From contig NW_024704742.1 of the NCBI RefSeq assembly GCF_018977255.1, positions 107,572,001-107,636,000 of the forward strand: 64,000 nt of DNA. Direction: 5' to 3'. Position numbers and translations under genes: made by a program. The DNA is from Callorhinchus milii (taxonomy: Eukaryota). The notes below the pieces were generated by a model that made no database searches, was not told the origin of the DNA, and saw only the letters and a program-made list of their open reading frames with translations. Below, one piece after another: positions 39,790 through 51,470 of this stretch; within the stretch, counting starts at the first letter, position 1; each line of letters opens with the position of its first letter.

Positions 39790-40845
39790 TTGTCAAGTAA
39801 AACAGCTAACGAGCAATGGGAAACCTTCAAGGAGGAGACAGTTTGGGGAAGAACAAATACATTCCCGCAAAGGGGAAAGATAGAGCATCCAACCTCCCTG
39901 GATGAATAAGGAAATTGGGATTAAAATAAAACAGAAAAAGGAGTTTTATGATAAATGTCAGATCCAGAGGAGAGGAGGATAATAGCAAGAGAACATAGAC
40001 AGACTGGTAAAATAGGTAGACATGTGGCGGATGAAGCTCAATGTGGAGAAATGCAAAGTGATGCATTTTGGGAGGAAGAATGGGGAGAGGCAATATAAGC
40101 TGTTCCTTCTCCCCTCTTAAAGGGGGAGAAGGAACAGAGAGACCTGGGGGTTCATATGAGCAAATCTTTGAAGGTGGCAGGACAGGTAGATAAAGCTGTT
40201 AAAAAAACATGCAGGATATTAGGCCTTATAAATAGGGGCATTGAAGACAAACATCAGGAAATTATGATGAACTTTTATAAAACACTGGTTGGGCCTCAGC
40301 TGGAGTACTATGTTCAGTTCTGGGCACCACACTTTAGGAAGGATGTCAAGGCATTGGAGGGATGCAAAGGAGATTTACCAGGATGGTACCAGGAATGAGG
40401 GATTTCAGTTATGAGGAAGGATAGAGAAGCTAGGATTATTCTCCTTGGAGCAGAGAAGGTTAAGAGGAGACTTAATAGACATTTTCAAAATTATGAGGGG
40501 ATTCGATAGGGTGAATAAGGAGAAACTATTTCCACTGACTGGTGGGTTGGTAACCCAAGGATACCGATTTAAAATAGTTGTTAATAGAAACAGAGGGGAA
40601 GTGAGGAAAAAGTTTTTCACACGGCAAGTTGTTCGGATATGGAATGGATTACCTGAAAGATGGGTGGAAGCCAATTCGATAATAACTTTTAAGAGAGAAG
40701 TAGATAATTATTTGTGGAGGACAAGTTTGCAGGGCTATGGGAAGAAAGTGGGGAATGGGATTGATTGAATAGCTTTTTTCAAAGAGCCGGTGCAGACACG
40801 ATGGGCCGAAGGGCCTCCTTCTGTCCTGTGTAATTCTACGATACT
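39790..40845 (+). mobile_element. CR1 fragment with a large internal deletion and intact 3' end
   Basis: EQWETFK...PWMNKE linker joined to the RT C-terminus (LEYYVQFWAPH, RRLRGDLIDIFKIM, RIWNGLP) and 3' tail. Confidence 0.92.
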
Positions 40846-41670
40846 TCACTAAACTTCATCTGCCACTGTGCTAAACTATTTAAGTCCTCCTGCAGTCTCT
40901 TGCCATCCTCCCACTAATCACTATACCTCCTAGTTTAGTACACTCTGCAAATTTTGCAACTGTACCTATATCTAAGCCAAGGTTGAGAGGTGTTTTTGGT
41001 AATGATCATAAATTGATGCCCTCCAGTTACGAACTAACAAACCAGTGAAAATGATTTATCTTTGTGTATTTTATCCAAATCCTTCGGATCCTGGAGTTGT
41101 GCCATTCTACCTGGGCCATTCACCTAATATCTCAGTGAATCTAAAAGCAGGAATATTATGCATGTTCTTCGCTGGAAATAACCAAAACCACAGAAATTTC
41201 ACATTTACAGATCCAGCTGGAAGCCCAAGATGGGGATGGGAACTTTGAGGAAGAGGAGTAAAAGGTGTCCAAAAGTTTGTATCAAATAAAGTCTTGAGGA
41301 TAAAACTGAGATTTTGTGGTCTTAAAGTAGAAAATACATTGTGAACATTTGGTATTGAAAAAGAACAGTCGTAGAGAAATTCTTTCAGGGTTTATGGTTC
41401 TCTCTATCTCAGAAACTACCACCTAATTTAGTAATAATCTTTGCATTTTGATATAACATCTTTCACATCAGGAGATATCTCAAAACACTTTGCAGATATA
41501 TATGTTGCAGTAAAGTTGTGAAACCAGCGATTTCGCAAAATCCCTGAAATTTGCAGCCCAGGGATTTCAAAATTGTGAAACCATGAAATCACTAAAATTA
41601 TGAGTCAGGGATTTTGTGAAAAAATGATAATTTCATCATATTGATAACCTTGCCTTGACACTTGTTAGTT

Positions 41671-41793
41671 AAATAAACAAACAAACAAACAAACAAACAA
41701 ACAAACAAACAAACAAATAAATAAATAAATAAATAAATAAATAAATGAATGAATGAATGAATGAATGAATGAATGAATGAATGAATGAATGAA
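41671..41793. repeat. Compound microsatellite (AAAC)n(AAAT)n(GAAT)n
   Basis: Directly visible inside the transposon, next to the left TIR. Confidence 0.98.
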
Positions 41794-41868
41794 TAACACG
41801 TTATGAAAATGAATATTTTATTCACCAGCAACTTTATGTGACATTTCATTCACTGATGAGTCAAGTGT

Positions 41869-42789
41869 TCATTTGTTAACACAAACAGGGCTTCCATGAT
41901 ACTGGGAGTTACATTTTAGCTTTAGTTTGACATTTACAACAGTTGATCTGACATTTTTTCTGTCCAAGTTACCCTTCGTAAAGCCTTCACGGAGTGACAC
42001 TGACTTCTCCTGGTTGACGCAGGTCTCTGTTAACAATCACTGTGGGCAGAGGTCAAATTGGTTGCTGGAATAGTGACCCCTCAGGATGCCGGCCTTCACT
42101 GATATCTTGTACTGATCAGTGTCTAAATCTCTATTAATGATAACACCAAAGATGTTCCTGGGAAACCCTCTAACTGCTGGGATGGGGTCAGCCATATTGT
42201 CTCCAGGTGTCGCGGCTTGGAGATCCAGCTAACTCCGGTTTACCATCATTTCTGCCTGGGCTACTTGTGGGTTTTTTTGCAGTAGCTCTTCACTTTCTGA
42301 TCTGGGTCATGCGATCTCCAGGGCATATGAAATAGGAGGATCACTGGACATTTCTATCATCGAGAACATGGAAACTACAAGGCTAAGCTACGGTTGATCT
42401 GTGCACTGGAGACTGGAGAAACAGATACACTGGTAGTGAGTGTTTCGATGACCTTGATTGGACTCTGGTTGTCCTGCAGAAGTGCCCGCTGACAAAGGAA
42501 TAGGTTCTGCAGTGCTGTCACTCAGTGGTGGGATCAAAACTTCTGTGGCATTGTTATTTGAGGTGGAGTGGTTGTCAGCTGATACTTCTTCTGGCGCATT
42601 ACCAGCAAGAACAACCAGGAGATCAAGCTCACTTTTCAGTGTAGAAATCACCTCTGCTGGCAGTGATGAACATGTTAGGCCAGCACAAGCCTGATTGCCA
42701 AACAAAGCAGCATAAGGGGAGCAATTTATTCCTGGATGGTTGGCAGAGTTATTTTTGAACTGCACAAATTTACTACTGACTGTCCAATC
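41869..42789 (-). pseudogene. C-terminal part of the Ginger2-like transposase/integrase
   Basis: DWTVSSKFVQFKNNSANHPGINCSPYAALFG...GLTCSSLP...PRNIFGVII...YKISVKAGIL..YSSNQFDLC...KKCQINCCKC..LKCNSQYHGSPVCVNK*, with frameshifts and stops. Confidence 0.88.
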
Positions 42790-43756
42790 CTAATTTTCAT
42801 AATATGTTATTTATTTGTTGATGATGCTAACAACTGTCAAGGCAAGGTTATCAATATGATGAAATGATCACTTTTTCACAAAATCCCTGACTCCTAATTT
42901 TAGCGATTTCATGATTTCACAATTTTACAAAAATTTCCAGGGATTTCATGAAAGGGGTTTTCACAAATTTACTGTAACATATATAAAGTGAAGTGACTGC
43001 GTATTTGTAGACAAACGCAGCAGCCCTCCCCAACCCCCCACCACCCCCACCTCCCCCCCAACCCAACCTGTGCCTAGAGCACAGATCAGTTTCAACTTAA
43101 TATCTTTTAAAATAATGTTTCTTCCTACAACTGAAGTTGCAGCTTCATATCCTTATGAAACAGAGGTGTGCTCCAGGTTATTAAAGTTTGGTGCAGTGGG
43201 AATTTGTTTTATTTGTTCCGTGTGTTAGCACAGCAGTGCTCTGCATTGCAATTTGTGAAAACAAAGCAGGCATATTAGAAAACAACTTGAAAGAGGTTTA
43301 ATTACTTCAGAGTGAAGGTTATTGGAGCTTCAAATGAAATATCTGTGGGCTACCAGGAGAGAAAAAGCTAACTCTTAAAATTTCATTTGACCTTAGTTTC
43401 AAAGCAGCTGATTAATATCTACAATCAGCCTGATATTCCGATGGGTGTTCTGTGTGGTGCCTTTGGCTGCTGATGCACTATTGAAATGAGGAAATAGCAT
43501 TAGCGGCTATCATTGTCATAGGACTTCAAGCAGTTCTCAACAAAATTACTAGGCAGCTCAGTTGGTTGAACATGAGGCCAGAAATTCTGAGTTGAATTTT
43601 GATGAGTCTGGCTCAGCCTTTCAGTGTCTCACTGTCTAGAATGCTCGTCAAACTCCGATTGAATTTTTCATGCAGTGGGACTGAAATGTTTTGATCAGAG
43701 ATGACAACAAAGATAATTAAAGGCAGGTTTGGATTGTACTTTTTGTACATGGTCAT

Positions 43757-44150
43757 TATAATAATAATAATTATTAATAATAATAATCCTTGTATTTGAT
43801 ATAGTGCCTTATCACATCTTCAAAATGTCTCAAAGCCTTTCACGGAATATACTGTAAAGTGAATTGACTGTATATTTTGTGGGTGAAATGCTGCAGCCAA
43901 TTGCGCACAGCAGTGTCCCACAAACAGTTGTGGATTGAGCCACCACATTTTTTTCTTTTCTTTTTTGAAGGGATTATTACCCTGGGAAAAGCGATCCGCC
44001 AATCGACTAACAACTGGGTTCCCACTTACTGCTAGGTGAACAGAGGAGTGTAGAGTAAACTTGCCTAAGGTTTCGCCTGCCTGGGAATCAAACCCAGATT
44101 CTCTTGTTTGCAAGGCAAGTGTTCCAATCACTAAGCTATAGTACTCCACA
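43757..44150 (-). mobile_element. tRNA-Ala-headed Deu-type SINE, full length (longer variant)
   Basis: Reverse strand: TGTGGAGTACTATAGCTTAGTG head to (ATT)n tail; same variant as 5695-6055 and 11275-11630. Confidence 0.9.
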
Positions 44151-45203
44151 GCATATGCCACATTGTCAATGCAGATTATGGAGCATATCACTAGACAGTT
44201 GTGACAATGCAATCATGTCATAGAAATGGTCTGGGAACTCTGAAAATGAAGTCTGTATCTTCATATAACTGTAAGAAGTTCCATTTAAGAGGCAGGTAGA
44301 TGAGTATTTGGTAAGAATGGGCATCAAGAGACATAGTGGAATGACAGGGAAAGGTATTAAGTCCCATATCAGTCATCTGTCAGAAAGGTCTTGCAACTGG
44401 AAGTGACATGGGGATATTTGTTTTCGAGTAGCTCTTATCGTTCATGAGTTATGACCTAAAAGTGCCTTAGGATGGCCTCCCAACATGAAAGCTATACAAA
44501 TGTAATCTTCTTGTAACATGGATTTCAGTTTTGTGTTTTTCACTGCAGTTACACCTAGTAGCCACCGGGTCAAAGTGGCGCTGTGGCATCGTGCGTCAAA
44601 GAGCACGTACAGAGCCAAGCGGCAGAAACAAAATAACAAACACAGACGAAGCTAAGCCGCGGCAACAACAACAAAATTACATTTTTAAAGAGTCTTTCAC
44701 GGACGTAGGACGTCCCAGTGATTATAAATTATACATTTATATTTATCATTATAAAGCTGCCTAAACAGAAATCAAGCCTTTCAAAGATAAGTAAAAATGC
44801 TAGACAAAAGAGAGAAAGAAGCCCATTACATGAATCTGAAGAAAAAAGAACAGCACAGCTGCACTTATGAATGCTGAAAGGACTGGAGCACTTGCCTTGC
44901 AAACAAGAGAATCTGGGTTTGATTCCCAGGCAGGGCGAAAGGACTGCAACAGCGCGGCAAAATGAATTGCTCACTCAAAGAACAGCACGGCTAAAATGAG
45001 TCCTCCCACAGGAGTCCTACCAGATGAGTATAGATAAAGATGAAATGTCTGTTTGTGTGTCTCTGTGTGTTAATCTATATTCCATACTGGATCCTTTGGT
45101 TCCAAGTGAAGCTGTAACAGGTAGAGCTAGTGGTCTAATGAAATGGGGGAACAGGCTCGACAGACTGAATGGTCTACTCCTATTCCTATCTTATATTCTA
45201 AGC

Positions 45204-46091
45204 CAGGGTGGTCCAATCTTTTGGCTGCTGAGGGCTGGATGCCGGATTTGAGAAATATCCGTGGACTGCATAAGCAATATTTTTATGTTTCCCTTCCAGA
45301 AACGTAACCTGTAAGAATCATATAGAAATCATATATAACTGTATTACTTAATTTCACTGTATTAAAGATGGGACACTGTGCGCAATTCGCTGCCGTGTTT
45401 TGCCCACAATTCACTTTACAGTATATTATGTGAAGCGCTTTGAGACATCTTAAAGACATGATATGGCACTAATCAAATGCAAGGATTATTATTATTAATT
45501 TCAGTTACAATGGAATTATAATTTTAGTAACAATGAAAACTATAAATTGGCAATGTACATTCATACTAATTTTAGAAACAATAATACAGCCAGGATCAAG
45601 GATCTGTGTTTCTGTATCTGTGTGTGTGTGTCTCTGTACCTGTCTACCTGCATGTCTCTCTCTCTCTTTATCTCTCTGTCTTTCTGTGTCTCTCTCTGTC
45701 TGTCTGCACGTGTGTGTCTCTCTCTCTATGTATCTCTCTTTCTATCTGTATGTGCCTCTGTATCTCTCTCTCTCTGTATCCCTCTCGCTGTCTGTCTGTG
45801 TTCATCTCTGTATCTCTTTGTGTGTGTATGTGTGTGTGTGTGTGTGTATCTCTCTCTCTGTCTGTGTGTGTTTCTGTATCTTACTCTCTCTATATATCTG
45901 TGTATGTTTCTGTATCTCTCTCTCTCTGTGGTTCTGTCTCCTATTACCGGTTTGAAAGTGATTGACAAGTTTTGCTGCATCTCTGCGCTGCTGTTTTTCC
46001 CATCGGGTCAGACCAAGCTTGGGCTTCAGAAATACAGTGTGACTGTTCTCGGGCCGGATGCGGTCTGAGGGCTGCCAGTTGGTCCGCCTTG
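45204..46091 (+). mobile_element. Non-autonomous hAT (Charlie-like) element containing a SINE fragment and a microsatellite
   Basis: Termini CAGGGTGGTCCAA / TTGGTCCGCCTTG with a perfect 8-bp TSD TTCTAAGC (45196-45203, 46092-46099). Confidence 0.88.
45605..45940. repeat. (CT)/(GT) degenerate microsatellite
   Basis: Directly visible. Confidence 0.97.
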
Positions 46092-46819
46092 TTCTAAGCC
46101 AGCCTGTCAGACTGTCAAATCATTTTTAAAAGGACGATGGAAAGTGTCCCTGGAAGAAAGCAGGGGGCAAGGTTAAAAAAGCATATTCTAAAGTTACAAA
46201 TGATTAGAAATAAAAGATTGGAATGACCTAAAAAAGTTAAAAATGAAACAAAAGAACAATATAGAAGAAAAAAGGCTCAAAAGGATAAGCATAAGGTTAA
46301 AGAGTCAACTAATTATTTTCCTCATTACGTCCACTTTCTGTTCAGAAATGATGACCTGATAGAGTACTAGATATGGCTGAAACCTATCAGGTTACAATTA
46401 ATATTAGACAATGCAATGTCCTTTGACATTACATTTTTCATACAATAATCTGTTAAAAGGGAATTGGATATAGGGAATTGTTTTACAGTATGTTAAGCTA
46501 TTTTGCAACATCATACTGAGAGGTACCAATTTTATATTTCAGTTTTTAACTTTATAAATGTAATAAATAATCAAAAGAGCAATCTCCATTCCAGTATCTC
46601 TGATTACTTCTCAGGATCTTTACTAGTAATAATACATATAATAAGCCTTGTATTTGAAATAACGTCTTATGAAGTCATGAAAATTTATCAAACTCCTTCA
46701 TAGAATTTTACATCAGTCAAATTGAAATTTCCATACATGTGGCAGTCTGGTTTGGATGCTAAGACTTAAATTCATGCAGAATTTTGAAATCTTCTGAATT
46801 AAATTTTAGTTTGGAAGAT

Positions 46820-47080
46820 AATAATAGTAATCCTTGGATTTGATATAGCACATTATCACATCGTTGAGACCTATCAAGCGCTTCACAAGAATTTCTGTGA
46901 AGTTTAATGACTGTGTATTTGTAGGCATACTTGGCAGCCAATTTGTCCACAACAACGTCCCCAAACCAGCCATGAAGTGATTGACCAATTTTTATCTGGG
47001 GGATTGTTGACCAGGACACTGGAGAATCTCCCTTCTCTTTTTGAACAGTGTCATAGGATCTTTACTGTCCATCTGAACAA
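46820..47080 (-). mobile_element. DeuSINE 3' half
   Basis: Tail plus CCAGGACACTGGAGAATCTCCC..GGATCTTT body. Confidence 0.8.
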
Positions 47081-48846
47081 CAACAACAAAATTACATTTA
47101 TAGAGCGCCTTTCACATCCCAAGGAACAGGCAGTAGTTCTTATGAACTGGTAGAGTTAATTTTTGAGCTGGGTGTAGTTGATAATCTTAGGGATTTGGAA
47201 ACAGACGTCAAAACTTACAACACTAATGCTGCTATGGCTATGGTTGAACAATTTTATCCATTTTGGAAGAAAGCATCAAAGGAGGAACACAGATGAACTG
47301 CCTGTAAGAATGCCGTAGGCTGTCTCCAATCTGGCAGAGAGGTGTGGGTTCAATGAAATAAATCCTGTCTTTGATATACCTAACGTGCTAGCCAGTATGA
47401 TGTATACTAGGGACCCTTGTGAATCTAGTGCCTGACCTTAATAAGAATAAGTTAATTATATTCCCCCTGCTTGTTGTCAGGCAATGCATCTAACATTGAT
47501 TATAAGACACAAAGAACTTTGGGAAATTCCATTTGTTCTCAACCTCCCCCACACCCCCACTCGATAAGGTTAGATACATTTTAAAACAAAATTAAACTGA
47601 TCATATATCTGGTCTTTTCCTTGTGGAATAGTTAACATTAATCCAATTTACCCATTAGGTTATGACTGAATACCAGATTAATCCAATTCGTCTCAATGAA
47701 ACTTGCAGTACACAGGTGTTTAGTCTGACATGCTGGCACTGCTTTCAATGTTTCAGTGGAAATGTGATTGTGCTTTGGTACTGAGTGTCAATATGCAATG
47801 TATGGACTCTTTTTGATCAATAAAAAAAATTGCACAACATCCTCAAAGCTACTTCCTGCAGTTAGTTGTCTGCATTTCTCAAACAACAGTCTATATACAG
47901 CTATTCATTTAGCACAGTTTATCATAATGAAAGCATTGTTCACGTCAAGATAAACCTCTCAAAGCTCTTCACAAGATTTCCTGTATAGCTTAGTCACTGT
48001 GTATTTTGTAGTCCAGCACAATTTAAAATCCGTAAATATTTAACCCTTATACTGTACTTCAAAAAGCTGTAATGGGAAATGCAAATGTCTCTTAGAAAGA
48101 CTGATACCATTCTGTCAAAGATTCAATATATTCGATATCAATGGTAAAGTGTGCATATTATTATTATTGTTATATTATATAAAGTGTGCATTTGAATAAA
48201 AAATACAGATACATGTAACTTGTGACCTTAAAATGTAACTGGGTTAACTTGAGGTGTTGTAGAATAGCCATTTCCTTGGAATGGCCTTGAAAGAGTTAAG
48301 TAATCGAGAAACAAGAACATTGTATTGTTGACAACGGTAAAGGAAGAGTGTCTAAATATAGAGCCATTAATGTAATGCCTGAAACTGGAGTGAGTGCTGG
48401 GACATAACTCTACAGAAATGAAACTCTCTGTTATCAACGCAACACAAAAATACAGCTTCTCTTTCTCATTTTTACTTCAAAATGCACTTTCTGCAATTTC
48501 TACTGAAAGGTCCTTGCGTGATCTGGGCATGACAGAATAATATCAAAGATTACCCCAGATCTGGTTAGAGGTTTAAAAAAACGGGCAAGTCTGTGTCAGC
48601 AATTGTCAAATCACATCAAGGGTACAAATCACTGCTGTATTGAATCAGTATAAGCAATGATATGGGATACAATGATTAACAATCATTTTATAGTTATTAA
48701 GCATCACGAAGGCTAACTACAATAATAATAATCATTGCAGGGGAACATGGTACTTAGTTATTACTGGACTACTGGAAATTGGATGGAGCTCATCTGGACT
48801 TCTTCGACTGGCACAATTAACATTGAACTTACATCTTCTTCTAGGC

Positions 48847-49020
48847 CAGGATGGTCCAACCTTAGGGCTGCTGAGGGCCCTATTTGAGAAATGTCTGAGG
48901 GCTGCATAAGTAATATTTTTGTGTTTCCCTTCCAGAAACATAACATAACATTCACGGGTTATGGAGGGAGCGGGTGGGCAGATGAAGTGGGGGAGGTGGG
49001 GGGATGCAGTCTGCCCCTGC
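48847..49020 (+). mobile_element. Second, degraded copy of the hAT MITE
   Basis: CAGGATGGTCCAAC...TTTCCCTTCCAGAAAC matches 45204-45305; preceded by TTCTAGGC; no matching right TSD. Confidence 0.7.
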
Positions 49021-50549
49021 CTGGACCAAGCAATTCAATGTAGATTATATACCACCTGCACATGGGAAGGTAGGTAAGCAGATCACCTATTCCCAGGCCG
49101 CTGCACTGAAACAGACTGCTCGGAGATCTGCAAAGATACTCCCAATAAATTCCCTAATGATTTTCTTTTTCTCTTTGTATGGAGTGCCACACCTTGGTAC
49201 CTTGCACAATGTTGTTTAATTTGGAAACTGAAGGATGTGAAAGAGTCACAGGCATGTTTGGATATTGCATTAATCTTTATGCCACTTATTGCTGCTCCAA
49301 CATACTGCAGGGCTGAGGCACTATGGTGCCCTCATTTCTAGTTCTTTATTGATTTTTTTTTCATCTGCTGGTATCAAGCCAAAATGGATAAAATGATCTC
49401 CTTGCTTAATTCTTTCAGCATCTGGATTGATTCCAATCTTATCTCCCAATGCTATTGGAATAGCCTTTGTCTTTGACAGATTGAGTGCATACCAACTTCA
49501 TTATCCTATCTCACAACTAGATTTCCTAAGATTTTATCGGTAACATGTCCTTACAGAAACTATGGCTGAGTCATCAGCAAAGTTAATAAGACTGTTGATA
49601 GCCTCAATTACATACTGCTTATACAGTTAGTTTCTTCCAGTTTATCAATAGGAAAGCGAGGAAGCAGAACACATAATTGTCCAATACTGCTGAGGATTTG
49701 AAACCAGTTTCTTATTTTGGAATTAGCAATTTAAAATGTTTCTAACCTCTATTATAAGATACAAATTATTATAGATACAAACATCACAACAACAACAATA
49801 ATTACATATGCATAGAGTCTTTCATGTCGGGAGGACATCTACTATATAATGAGGTTACAAAGGCAGTGATTCACAACAGGATTTCCTAATAGAGGCATAA
49901 TCACTAACCATTCTATTACACATTGCCAAGAAGAGTAAATTTACTGACAAGCAGTGAATAATCCCTTGGAGACTAGAAAACAGTTCGGCATCTCTTAAAT
50001 TCTCATCAAGTGGTTTTATATAGGAAAGAGATTGACACGAACTGGGCTTTACAATGTGAATCCACACTTTAGGTTTTGATGTGACTACCGATCATTGCTA
50101 AAGATTTCTTGTCCATTTGAAGGTGCTATCAACAAAGCTAATGAAATACTAAGTTGCATCTCAAGGGCATTGGACTGACTATAAGCCAAAAGCATTTATT
50201 CTGACCTTATATGGATCACTGGAAGGGCCACATTTGGGAACCATGTGCAGTTCAAAGGATGATAACACTTTGAAGAGGGGTCAGCGAAGAGTGACAAGCT
50301 CAAAGTTACAAGGAGAAGTTTACAGATTTGAACAAATTTGAACTAATTAGGAAGAAGAGGTGTGATGTGGGCATGATCTAGATCTTCAATGCCCAGATTT
50401 TACTGTGCCTTCTGTAGCTTACCACCACAATTATTGTGGGAAATTCACATTGAATTTCACACTGATTTGGTGCAAAAATAGTAGCATAATCAGGAGCTGA
50501 GCTCTGTACTTCATAGTCACTCACCATGCATGTCAAAGCAATGTGAGGC

Positions 50550-51250
50550 AGCATTAAACAAGGCAAGTAGGGTGCTCTGCTACATTGCCAAATCAGATAA
50601 GGTTAGATCCCTGAAATCATACTCAAGCAACATAGACTGCTCAGACTGCATCTAGAATACAACAGCATAGGTTTACAAGGATGTTATCAGGGCTGGCAGG
50701 TTCCTGCTAGCATCATAAACTGGATAGACTGGATAGGTTAGGCCAGTTCTGACAAAGGGTCGTGGACCCAAAATGTTGACGCACTTTCCTTTTTCCATAG
50801 ATGCTGCCTGATCTGCTCAGTTTTCCCAGCTCTCTCTGTTTTGGTTTTGAATAGGTTAGGCCTTTTTTCACTAGAGAAGAGACATTTAAGGCATCACCTA
50901 ATAGAAGTGATTAAAGTTATAAAAGGGTTTGATCAGGTTAACATCACTAGGCTGTTTCCATTGTTTGGAGAATCTGTAACCAGGCGCAACAAATATAAGC
51001 TAGCAACTAGGAGAGAATTTAGGAGGAACTACTTCACTCAGAGGGTAGGAGATTGTGGAACTCACTGCTGAAGTGATGATTGAATCAGATACTGTAGATA
51101 TATTCAAGAGGAAGCTAAACCTTCTCATGACGGTGAGAGGAATAGAAGGGTATGGGAGAGAACAAGGAATGCGGAAGACCCGTGTGAATTATAAACACTT
51201 GCACAAACTGGATGTGTGGAGTGGTCTGTAACTGTGCTGTACATTCTTTG
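50550..51250 (+). mobile_element. Old CR1 3' fragment, host of the 50745-50850 insertion
   Basis: RLGLFSLEKRHLRHHLIEVIKVIKGFD...RLFPL...YFTQRV. Confidence 0.8.
50745..50850 (+). mobile_element. 106-bp Penelope-type 3' terminal repeat fragment with a decayed hammerhead-like motif
   Basis: TCTGACAAAGGGTCGTGGACCCAAAATGTT...AGATGCTGCCTGATCTGCT; flanked by a 12-bp direct repeat ATAGGTTAGGCC (50733-50744, 50851-50862). Confidence 0.7.
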
Positions 51251-51470
51251 TGCTGCATCCATTTCTAGTCACCTAAGCAGCTGCTCAGGCCCCAGAGACA
51301 ATGCAGAGGAGAATGAATATGATCACTAGTGTTAATGAAATGAGTTACGAGCAATGATTAGACAAGTGAGCTGTCTTGAGAGGTGGCTTCTTAGAAGGTA
51401 ACTTATAGAGCTGTATAGCATTTTAAATGGGATTGAAAAAGTGAATCAAGAACAATACTTTGAACTGATA

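Larger units (their letters stand above)
41503..42979 (-). mobile_element. Ginger2-like (KRBA2/SCAND3-type integrase) DNA transposon, internally deleted
   Basis: ~150-165-bp imperfect TIRs (41503-41668 and 42827-42979) with TGT...ACA termini. TATA on both flanks (41499-41502, 42980-42983). It splits a SINE tail. Confidence 0.9.

Noticed and set aside
45533..46068. Long hydrophobic ORFs (119-173 aa)
   Set aside because: Translations of a CT/GT microsatellite.
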